Virus record (IMG/VR): IMGVR_UViG_3300043107_000144
Strand: one strand, 5' to 3'
DNA: 64,000 bases
From: an uncultured virus (IMG/VR IMGVR_UViG_3300043107_000144)
Taxonomy: Duplodnaviria > Heunggongvirae > Uroviricota > Caudoviricetes
This document shows, one piece after another, positions 39,866 through 47,613 of the stretch (position 1 is the first letter of the stretch; each line of letters begins with the position of its first letter). The notes under the pieces are model-generated. The model did no database searches. It was not told the origin of the DNA and saw only the letters and a list, made by a program, of their open reading frames with translations. Position numbers and translations under genes: made by a program.

Positions 39866-40063
39866 TTAATAGCCCCATAGATAAGATGGTACATCTTCTT
39901 CGTAATCCGTAGCGTCTACATAGCAATGTTCAACCGCCTCGATTTCGTATGTACCACCAAAGTCTCTTTTTAGCTCGATTGCCTCTCTCTTAGCTTCTTC
40001 ATAGCTATCGAAAGAATCTAAGTACTGATGAGTTTCCTTAGCAAAAAGTTTAAATTCACACAT
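39866..40063 (-). CDS. Array gene, acidic hypothetical
   Basis: 65 aa. Confidence 0.7.
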   Translation of the reverse strand: MCEFKLFAKETHQYLDSFDSYEEAKREAIELKRDFGGTYEIEAVEHCYVDATDYEEDVPSYLWGY

Positions 40064-40120
40064 AATCCATTAAGTTTTAAAGTTAGTAATTGTTGGCGGT
40101 CTCTCACACCGCCATAGTTG

Positions 40121-40297
40121 TCAATCGTCATACACTCTGAATTTACGTATGCCCCACAGACTGCCCATGTTGCCCCAGCAGGACTTCATAGCTCTTGCGT
40201 TACGTGCCTCGCCCAAGGTGCGGTAGCGTCCTAAAAATGTGCCACCATAAGCCAGACTGACATTTCTTACCTCGTACTCGTAATGATACTTTCTCAT
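40121..40297 (-). CDS. Array gene, hypothetical (not in ORF track)
   Basis: 58 aa MRKYHYEYEVRNVSLAYGG...; array leader present. Confidence 0.6.
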   Translation of the reverse strand: MRKYHYEYEVRNVSLAYGGTFLGRYRTLGEARNARAMKSCWGNMGSLWGIRKFRVYDD

Positions 40298-40357
40298 AAT
40301 TCTAAAATTTTAAGTGGTTAATAATGGTAGGCGGTCGGATTGACCGCCTGAAAAAAG

Positions 40358-40633
40358 TTAATCTTCAACGAGCCTTCTTTCGATTGATAGTTGCAACTTA
40401 TCGTTGAACGAAACAAAATTAATACTCCGATAGCTGGCTATCCACTGGTCGTCGTCATCGCATCGCTGATAATCGCTGCAGGATTGTGTAGTGTCGGCAA
40501 CCGCAGCCATATATCTGTCTGCTGCCGCTTGCGCACCCTGCAATGTGCGATATAATGATATACGTTCCATGCAACGCCTTGTGACGTTTCTAACCGTCAG
40601 GCAAAATACCCATTTTGATTTATCCATAATCAT
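40358..40633 (-). CDS. Array gene, hypothetical
   Basis: Start moved to MIMDKSK after the leader. Confidence 0.65.
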   Translation of the reverse strand: MIMDKSKWVFCLTVRNVTRRCMERISLYRTLQGAQAAADRYMAAVADTTQSCSDYQRCDDDDQWIASYRSINFVSFNDKLQLSIERRLVED

Positions 40634-40688
40634 ATCTATAAGTTTTATTTGGTTAATAATGGTTCGTGGCCCGAAGCCACGAGGGAAG

Positions 40689-40889
40689 CTACCTCTCAAT
40701 CAAAATGACATCGGCAGCATCTAAACTGAACATCGTAAATCCCGAATGGTTGAATAACTGAATCAAGTTACCCATTCGTTCAACTCGCCCGCAGAATACG
40801 GTCTCTGTTCTATCTGCATACGCACGGTAATTGTCAGGCTTAAACACTCTCATCGTCATTGGGTCTTTTACTCTAAATGTAACTTTCAT
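40689..40889 (-). CDS. Array gene, hypothetical
   Basis: Start moved to MKVTFRV after the leader. Confidence 0.65.
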   Translation of the reverse strand: MKVTFRVKDPMTMRVFKPDNYRAYADRTETVFCGRVERMGNLIQLFNHSGFTMFSLDAADVILIER

Positions 40890-40950
40890 AATCATAAAGT
40901 TTTTTTGGTTTAACATTCGTAGCACGGGCGTGGTGCCCGGCTTAAAAGGA

Positions 40951-41151
40951 TTACCCAATGCCAGCCTTGAGGTAGCATTTAAACGCCCATGAGGGTGTCG
41001 CATACTTTCTCTTTACGGTTGATATTACCGTGAGACCGCCTACCACAAACTGAATCTTATCTTCGGTCTGTGCTTTCTCTTTCGCTTTCGGCAGCGTGTT
41101 ATAGTCCTGCAATCCGTAGCGGTTCAATACTCTGAATGTAATTACGTTCAT
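40951..41151 (-). CDS. Array gene, hypothetical
   Basis: 66 aa. Confidence 0.6.
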   Translation of the reverse strand: MNVITFRVLNRYGLQDYNTLPKAKEKAQTEDKIQFVVGGLTVISTVKRKYATPSWAFKCYLKAGIG

Positions 41152-41207
41152 AACTCAAAAGTTTAAAGGGTTAAACAATAGTAGTCGGGCTGTGCCCGAC
41201 CATGCAA

Positions 41208-41435
41208 TCAGCATTTGTTAGGTATGAATGTTATGCAGCGTTTAAGGTTGCGTAGCAGCAGGTCATAGCCCACAGCCTCAACCTCTTTCTTAAAGTTACG
41301 CTCACAATACATTTGGAAGTGCATCTCCATCATACCGCTCCGCAGGGGTGTACCCGATTCGATATGGGCGTTCCACCACTTTACGAAGCTCTCTAACACC
41401 TTTGCAATCATTCTCTTTGTCTGATTCTCTGTCAT
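41208..41435 (-). CDS. Array gene, hypothetical
   Basis: 75 aa. Confidence 0.7.
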   Translation of the reverse strand: MTENQTKRMIAKVLESFVKWWNAHIESGTPLRSGMMEMHFQMYCERNFKKEVEAVGYDLLLRNLKRCITFIPNKC

Positions 41436-41497
41436 AATTATAAGTCTTTATAGGTTAATAATTGATGTCGGGCACTTCGTGCGCCCGACAAAGTAGA

Positions 41498-41824
41498 TTA
41501 ACAGTGCTTGCGAATCCAATCTTTTATGAATCGCACCTCGCCCGGATAGTCCTGCCCAGCGCAGTACGTGAAGCGTCTGCCATCGTAGAACAGCCTCTTT
41601 AAGATACCGCATGATTCGTACAGCGTTTCAAGCCTGTAAGCCTTGCGCAGGTCGATAGCGTCCGCAAAGCCTTTTACCAGCTCGTCACGCAGCTCGTCAG
41701 ATAGTCTTATCTTTATCCATCCGAGTTTGTCGTGGTACGCCATACCTTTTACAAAATCATCCAAACTGTACTGATGTACGTGCTTTGTCAATCCTCTCAA
41801 TGTCTTGTAGTCTCTTGTCTTCAT
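41498..41824 (-). CDS. Array gene, hypothetical
   Basis: Start MKTRDYK. Confidence 0.7.
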   Translation of the reverse strand: MKTRDYKTLRGLTKHVHQYSLDDFVKGMAYHDKLGWIKIRLSDELRDELVKGFADAIDLRKAYRLETLYESCGILKRLFYDGRRFTYCAGQDYPGEVRFIKDWIRKHC

Positions 41825-41880
41825 TTTCGTCAAGTTTAATGGTTAATAATTCGTGGTCGGCTCTCACCCGACCGTAGAGG

Positions 41881-42273
41881 TTAGCCGCATACATACGGCT
41901 CTGCAAGCGGTACGTACTCCATACCGTTCAGCTCATAGATGGGCTGCAGGTTCACGTGGTTTTTGTAATGGCTCGCATTATAGAAGCCAAGAAACGTGAA
42001 ATCATCCGCTGTCGCTCTCTCTATAATACTTATTTCGCGATAACCTAGCGGAGTATTGCGCTTCTTCGCCCATCGTTTGAGCCACGCAAGACCTTTTTCG
42101 CCTTGCTCCCGTGTGATAGGTACTCCGTACCCGTCATTTATGGTCTCGATTAACCCATAGTCGAATAAATCACGACCTTCACGGTTTGAGCGGTTCTTCA
42201 ACAGCTTCATCTGCTGCTCTGTGATATAACCCTGCTCTCTAATCTCTGCAAAAATCTGCTCATTTGATTTCAT
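41881..42273 (-). CDS. Array gene, hypothetical
   Basis: 130 aa. Confidence 0.7.
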   Translation of the reverse strand: MKSNEQIFAEIREQGYITEQQMKLLKNRSNREGRDLFDYGLIETINDGYGVPITREQGEKGLAWLKRWAKKRNTPLGYREISIIERATADDFTFLGFYNASHYKNHVNLQPIYELNGMEYVPLAEPYVCG

Positions 42274-42332
42274 AATCTAAGTAAGTTTTAAGTGGTTAAT
42301 GAATGGTGGTCGGGATTGCCCCAACCGTTTTT

Positions 42333-42782
42333 TTAGAGGTCAATAAAACTGTTCTGACCTTTTGGTCTGCTCAGCCAGTCTCTATCTCTGTAATAAAGCA
42401 CCTCGGAGATTTGTGCATCGGTCAATTCTCTCGTCATCTCCTTCTCGATTCGTTCCAGACGTTCCCATGTACGCGCTCTCTGAACTTCGTCGGGTAATGG
42501 CAGTACGTCAGAGTCGTCATAATCTCCGTAAAAATCATCGTCCGTCACAGTGTAAGAGTTGTATAAATACACTGGTTGCTTTGAGATTACCTTATTGGAG
42601 TTCATTTCTATCTCGTAAATTACTGCATTCTTGTCCAGCCCAAAAGCCTCAAACTTGTGTTCAATCGACTCCCAAAGAGCTTTATAGAACGAATCGTATA
42701 TGTAATCATCGTGTACATACGCTACATCGTCTACATGAATGTTTCGATACTCAATTCTAAGTACAAATACAGTCTTATTCAT
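42333..42782 (-). CDS. Array gene, acidic hypothetical
   Basis: 149 aa. Confidence 0.7.
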   Translation of the reverse strand: MNKTVFVLRIEYRNIHVDDVAYVHDDYIYDSFYKALWESIEHKFEAFGLDKNAVIYEIEMNSNKVISKQPVYLYNSYTVTDDDFYGDYDDSDVLPLPDEVQRARTWERLERIEKEMTRELTDAQISEVLYYRDRDWLSRPKGQNSFIDL

Positions 42783-42835
42783 AACTCAAAAGTTTAAATG
42801 GTTAATAATTGCAGGCGGAATCTCTTCCGCCCAGT

Positions 42836-43063
42836 TCATTCTTCGTTCATTTGTAGCTCGCGCACCTTCTCCATAATATCATCCGGTAGCCAGCTTCTTC
42901 TACTAAAGTACTCCGCTACGAGCGGCATCTCCTCTTTCCAGTACGCATCTATATAACCGTTCAGGTTGTACAGATTCTCGCAGCTCCACCTATAGTGCAG
43001 CTCTTTCTGTCGTTCATCGTCGAGGCTCAGGACAGTCTTTTTGACAGCTTCGTAAAAGTCCAT
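42836..43063 (-). CDS. Array gene, hypothetical
   Basis: Start MDFYEAV after the leader. Confidence 0.7.
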   Translation of the reverse strand: MDFYEAVKKTVLSLDDERQKELHYRWSCENLYNLNGYIDAYWKEEMPLVAEYFSRRSWLPDDIMEKVRELQMNEE

Positions 43064-43133
43064 AATTCTAAGTTTTAAATAGTTAAACAATGTAGGCGGT
43101 CTTATCGACCACCCTGTGGAGTCAGCCTATCGG

Positions 43134-43463
43134 TCATGGTCTGCATATACTATTTGTGACACGTTCGTATAAATCGTACACCATTATACGGTTAGGCAGG
43201 TCGGTGCGCTTCACGACGATTCTATACAAAAGGTCGCTCCACCAATCTTCACCCTTTCCATGAGACTCTACGTAGTACTTGCTCGGTTCACCTTCGGCTT
43301 TGTCCTCCATGAACCATCTGCCATGTGACACTAAATACACAATCGTTTCCATCTGCTCTATGGCTTTTGCCTTACTTGTGAATACGAAGTCGGGTCTACC
43401 GCAGTGCATCCAGTCTGAATCTTTCTCCCATGTACTCTCTACAATAACATAACTCTTTTTCAT
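43134..43463 (-). CDS. Array gene, hypothetical
   Basis: 109 aa. Confidence 0.7.
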   Translation of the reverse strand: MKKSYVIVESTWEKDSDWMHCGRPDFVFTSKAKAIEQMETIVYLVSHGRWFMEDKAEGEPSKYYVESHGKGEDWWSDLLYRIVVKRTDLPNRIMVYDLYERVTNSICRP

Positions 43464-43519
43464 AATTTTATAGTTTTTATTGGTTTAACGATTGTCTGCG
43501 GCTCATTTGCCGCAGGTGT

Positions 43520-43747
43520 TTAGCGGTTGTATCTCAAAAAGTTGTAGAGGTACCACCTTTGACCTCTCGCTACGAAGAACGGGTCGCCTTTCATATTATA
43601 CTGAATCTTAATCCATCGCATCGACGGTTTGAAGTCGTACCACTGATAGCGCACAGCATCGCCTTCGTCGTTTACTTCAATCTGAATACCTCCATTGTAG
43701 CTGAGAGGGTAGCCTCCTTGAGGCTTAAATTCATCCTTCTTTTTCAT
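43520..43747 (-). CDS. Array gene, hypothetical
   Basis: 75 aa. Confidence 0.7.
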   Translation of the reverse strand: MKKKDEFKPQGGYPLSYNGGIQIEVNDEGDAVRYQWYDFKPSMRWIKIQYNMKGDPFFVARGQRWYLYNFLRYNR

Positions 43748-43800
43748 ATCAAATAAGTTTTATTGGTTAATACTCTGCCCGCGGAATAATCCGCGGTTTT

Positions 43801-44364
43801 TCATTTTTTCAGGTTCATGCACCCAACGGCAATTTCATACCGTGTGCCGTCCCTCTCAAAGCTCACCTCGTTCTCCCAGTAGGTGCGGTAATACTTGCCG
43901 TTTTGGTCGACGTACACAATCTCACCCGGCTCTTTCATGTCGAGTTTATTGTACACCTTGTCGATGTCCTGCATGATTTCTGCCATGTCCTCGTAGTCGG
44001 GCTCATCGTTATAAATCACCCCCAATCGTTCGAGCCAGTACTCTTTTGGCGTACAATCGTACCCGTAGTACTGCTCTCCGAGCGATTCAGCGTCCATCAC
44101 GAATCCTTCCTTTAAGAAGTCCTGACCGATTCTATGGAAGAATTGATGTCCCGCAGGATTCTTCACCTTCCATAGTTCTAGGTTAAATTCCCTAGCAGCC
44201 TCGATAGCCTCGAAGATGCCGTGGAATCCAACCACCATCTTACGGATTTCTTTCGGGTAGTCGTTCGACCTCTGATTTGTTTCTACAATTCTCACGTGTG
44301 GATAGGCATCCTTGATACCTTCCAGCAGGAGCTCATAACACTCCTGTTCAGATAACATGTTCAT
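43801..44364 (-). CDS. Array gene, acidic; apparent paralog of 37571-38131
   Basis: 187 aa. Confidence 0.7.
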   Translation of the reverse strand: MNMLSEQECYELLLEGIKDAYPHVRIVETNQRSNDYPKEIRKMVVGFHGIFEAIEAAREFNLELWKVKNPAGHQFFHRIGQDFLKEGFVMDAESLGEQYYGYDCTPKEYWLERLGVIYNDEPDYEDMAEIMQDIDKVYNKLDMKEPGEIVYVDQNGKYYRTYWENEVSFERDGTRYEIAVGCMNLKK

Positions 44365-44417
44365 AATTCAAAAGTTTAATTGGTTAGTAATGGTGGGCGG
44401 AGGTCTCCGCCCGTGGT

Positions 44418-44561
44418 TCATCTCTGTCTGCGGAACGTCCTATAGTCCTCGACAGATTCAAAGCACATGTAGCCACCGACCAGCTTCATGATTCGACTTG
44501 CCCAAGGGCATTCTTTTCTCGCCTGATACTTTGTACCGCAATTCACAAATTTTGTTCTCAT
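44418..44561 (-). CDS. Array gene, small hypothetical
   Basis: 47 aa MRTKFVNCGTKYQARKECPWA... after the leader. Confidence 0.65.
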   Translation of the reverse strand: MRTKFVNCGTKYQARKECPWASRIMKLVGGYMCFESVEDYRTFRRQR

Positions 44562-44713
44562 TTGATTAATGTTTAAATGGTTAATAGTTTGAAGGCGGTT
44601 CAAGACCGCCCTTAAATTTTAGAGGATAACGTGCGGGTACAAGTCCCATTCCTCATCAACGTCGAACTCAGGCACATAAACCGTTGCACCACCGAGCAAA
44701 ATAACACCGTCCA

Positions 44714-44947
44714 TCATAATTCATCTTCCTCCCCGAAGTCATCCTTTGTGAAGTCGTTTGTAAATCTGATGCAAGCAATGAAGATAATAACATAGAGCGC
44801 ACCGATGAGGTATTCGCCCGCGCACAGTGCGATGAAACCACTAATAAGTGAGATAGCCGCAAGAATGGCTACACCTAGTTCAATCATTCTAAACAGCAAG
44901 GAGAACAACGCTTCGTCATTCTCCATAAGTTTCTTTAATTCTTTCAT
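44714..44947 (-). CDS. Array gene, two-TM membrane protein
   Basis: Two hydrophobic helices and an acidic tail. Confidence 0.65.
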   Translation of the reverse strand: MKELKKLMENDEALFSLLFRMIELGVAILAAISLISGFIALCAGEYLIGALYVIIFIACIRFTNDFTKDDFGEEDEL

Positions 44948-44994
44948 AATTCGTAATATTAAATGTTAATAAAATTGGTTTTCTAGTTGACGGT

Positions 44995-45309
44995 CTACAC
45001 CGTCAGAAATTTCTGCACTTCGCGATTCGACAGCCCGTACTTTTTCTTCAGCGCTGCGATTCGCTTTCTATGCTCCGCCACCCCCCAATAGAGGTGGTTC
45101 TCCGTCTGAAACTCGTATCGTTCAAGGTAGCATAGTTCCAGACCGTACATGTGTGGGTCTACTTCCTTCAATTCGCGCATGTAGTCCTCCCACCTCATTC
45201 CGTCGCGAAGCACCGGCGTTATCACCAATTTGGGAGCGCGGTTCTTGCCCTTGCTCCTTTCTTGACAGTGGAGATGGAAGTATTTCTTTTTTAGTTCCAC
45301 ATAGTTCAT
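44995..45309 (-). CDS. First gene of the array, hypothetical
   Basis: 104 aa. Confidence 0.7.
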   Translation of the reverse strand: MNYVELKKKYFHLHCQERSKGKNRAPKLVITPVLRDGMRWEDYMRELKEVDPHMYGLELCYLERYEFQTENHLYWGVAEHRKRIAALKKKYGLSNREVQKFLTV

Positions 45310-45331
45310 TCAATCAATTTTTAATGGTTTG

Positions 45332-45379
45332 TGGTGTGGTGGGGATTCGAACCCCTTCAGCCCGTAGTTCACCCACACC
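45332..45379 (-). ncRNA. tRNA-like minihelix (acceptor stem + T-arm, no anticodon arm)
   Basis: GGTGTGG...GGGG-TTCGAAT-CCCC-A-CCACACC-A. Confidence 0.5.
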
Positions 45380-45921
45380 TAAAAGCCCCTATTATTTCCA
45401 TTCGCCTAGGGCGCAAGCGAACTTTGTCCACCTCCCAAAAATGGAAGGGCGGACTTAACCAATTCAAAAAACTTAATCTTATGAATTGAACCCCGCATAG
45501 TTCATGCCACACACACGACCAAAATATTTTCACAAACGTGCCAGAGCTGCACACAAGGCATCTTCAGTTAACTTAAATACATTCTCCCAGCCGTACCGCA
45601 GAAAAGGAACTACAGAAGTATTTGGGCGTAGTTCACCCGCATAGTTCATTTAACCACGTGGTTCACGTGGTTCATCGTCCCCCACTACGACCGTCCACTA
45701 GGTGTACCGCTCGTAATTCGAGACACCCCGCGTAATTCACCCTACAGTTTGGTAGATATGGAGGTTTTTACGAATTATGAGTGCGCATAATTCGCCCCCT
45801 CCACTCCCCTCCCCACAGTGAAATTTGCTTTCGTAATGGTACGAGTCGTCCCCGTACCACTACGATTTTTCGCCTGCATTAACGCTCGTTAACATAGTGG
45901 CTGGATACGGATGACACTCTT

Positions 45922-46073
45922 ACTAGACCTCCTACGTAGGAGGTCTAGTTCCGTACCTCTAGACCTCCTATATAAGGAGGTCTAGACCACTATATTAATA
46001 TAGGTAGTGGTGTGGCGCTACGTTGACTCCGTAGCGCGGTATAATACCACTCAGGCTACAACCTGAGTGGTAT
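45922..46073. repeat. Cluster of back-to-back inverted repeats
   Basis: 28-bp perfect palindrome 45922-45949, near-copy 45958-45986, further inverted repeats to 46073. Confidence 0.85.
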
Positions 46074-46291
46074 GATTAAGCGACTGTTATAACCTCCGTT
46101 TTTTTAAATCTAGGAACTTTCGCAACTAGGGAAAACGGACTGAATAAAAGTCAACGCCCTGCAGATACCCTCTTACAAGTACTTGCATCAATCGACAACT
46201 AGAGGCGCTTCCACGCCTGCAATTAATGCAGGTAGCGACTATAGTTTTGCCCCTCTCTAGAGGTCTATAGTCAGACGTACTTAATCAAGAG

Positions 46292-46322
46292 CAAAGATAG
46301 GTATTATCTATTGCATACCAAA
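46292..46322 (-). promoter_or_regulatory. Leftward promoter for the small-gene array
   Basis: TTTG (46322-46319) and TATCTTTG (46299-46292). Confidence 0.6.
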
Positions 46323-46726
46323 AATTTAATAGGTACAATTTTTGCTATATAGCCTTATTTATACAATTTAAAAATAAGGAAAGCGTAAACCGCTATAAAT
46401 CAATCATTTATGCAATTTAAATAATTGGAATTATAGCGTAAATTACTGAAACATAGCTAGTTAGATGCCAAACGGAATAAGTGTAAAAAATACACTTAAA
46501 GGACGCCGGCGATGCCCAAAAATAAGTGTAAAAAATACACTTATAAAAGCACCTCGACAAATGGAGGGGCGCTATCTCCACTTTTTGGCGCGGTGCTTAT
46601 TTTGAGTGTACAAATTACACTCATTCCCATATATATAATAAGGTGTAATATAGAAATTAACAAAAGTTTAGAAATAAGCCTCAAACCATAAAAAGAGTTA
46701 AACGCTGAAAAATAATAGGTAAAATG

Positions 46727-46758
46727 TTTGGTGGGCACGATAAAACGGCATATCTTTG
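46727..46758 (+). promoter_or_regulatory. Bacteroidota promoter
   Basis: TTTG 46727-46730 and TATCTTTG 46751-46758. Confidence 0.7.
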
Positions 46759-46826
46759 TGATGGAAAAAGCGACGGAGGCGCTTAAGAGTCCTCCACTAG
46801 TATTAACATTTTAACATTTTTTAATC

Positions 46827-47561
46827 ATGAAAAAAGAGGAATTAAAAAGCCGTATTAACGCGCTTGTAAGTGAAAAACAGAGTTTGCATGCAGCATTAAA
46901 AGCGGTACTCGAGGTCAGTGAAAAAGAGTCGATTGACGGTGTTGTGCGTAGTTGGGCGAAAGATTTTTGTAGAAAATTTGGAATTACTGAGACGGCGCTT
47001 AAAAAAGCAAATAGGGCTGCAACTAGAGGTCGCGTAATGCCTTGCATCACAATGATTGACAATGTAGCGTACCAACCTTGTAAAATTGTCAAGGTGTACG
47101 GCACTGAGTTCGGGCGCGTACGTTATATCGCATGGACAACCGCACTCGCTATGATTGATTTGGACGCTACTGAGTGCACTCAGGTTGTTGTCAACACTCA
47201 GTCGCACAATGAGTACTACCACGCTGACGGCACACCGTGTACCGCCGAGGAGGTTGCTGAAGTGGAGGCGGCGCGCAAAATTGCCGAGGCTGAGCGCGCC
47301 TTGGTGGCGCTTAGCAAAGCGCGAGCGCTAGTCAAGGAGGCGGACGCGCGCGAAGCCAAAGCCAAAGCCGAAGCCGAAGCCGCCAAAGCCGCAAAAGCCG
47401 CCAAAGCCGCAAAGGAAGCAAAAGCCGCCAAAGCCGCAAAGGAAGCAAAAGCCGCCAAAGCCGCAAAGGAAGCAAAAGCCGCCAAAGCCGCAAAGGAAGC
47501 AAAAGCCGCCAAAGCCGCAAAAGCCGCAAAGGAAGCCAAAGCCGAAGCCGAAGCCAAATAA
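46827..47561 (+). CDS. Protein with C-terminal Ala/Lys/Glu repeats (histone-H1/TolA-like low complexity)
   Basis: (AKAAKAAKE)n encoded by 27-nt repeats; own promoter and terminator. Confidence 0.75.
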   Translation: MKKEELKSRINALVSEKQSLHAALKAVLEVSEKESIDGVVRSWAKDFCRKFGITETALKKANRAATRGRVMPCITMIDNVAYQPCKIVKVYGTEFGRVRYIAWTTALAMIDLDATECTQVVVNTQSHNEYYHADGTPCTAEEVAEVEAARKIAEAERALVALSKARALVKEADAREAKAKAEAEAAKAAKAAKAAKEAKAAKAAKEAKAAKAAKEAKAAKAAKEAKAAKAAKAAKEAKAEAEAK

Positions 47562-47579
47562 GTAGTGTAGTGCTTCTGC

Positions 47580-47613
47580 AAGGGGGGGACTCAAACGGGT
47601 TCCCCCCTTTTTT
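47580..47613 (+). terminator. Intrinsic terminator
   Basis: AGGGGGGGAC...GTTCCCCCCT followed by T run. Confidence 0.8.

Larger units (their letters stand above)
34511..45330 (-). repeat. Array of about 29 small genes, most preceded by a conserved hairpin + TAACCAATAAAA(C) leader
   Basis: Plus-strand intergenic consensus cat-N-aagttttattggttaata-N-ggcgg-loop-ccgcc recurs at most junctions. Confidence 0.85.

Noticed and set aside
34511..45330. Small-gene array as a CRISPR array or classical integron
   Set aside because: The intervening units are whole genes, the repeats are degenerate, no attC-type RYYYAAC/GTTRRRY pairing is evident and there is no tyrosine integrase in the window.
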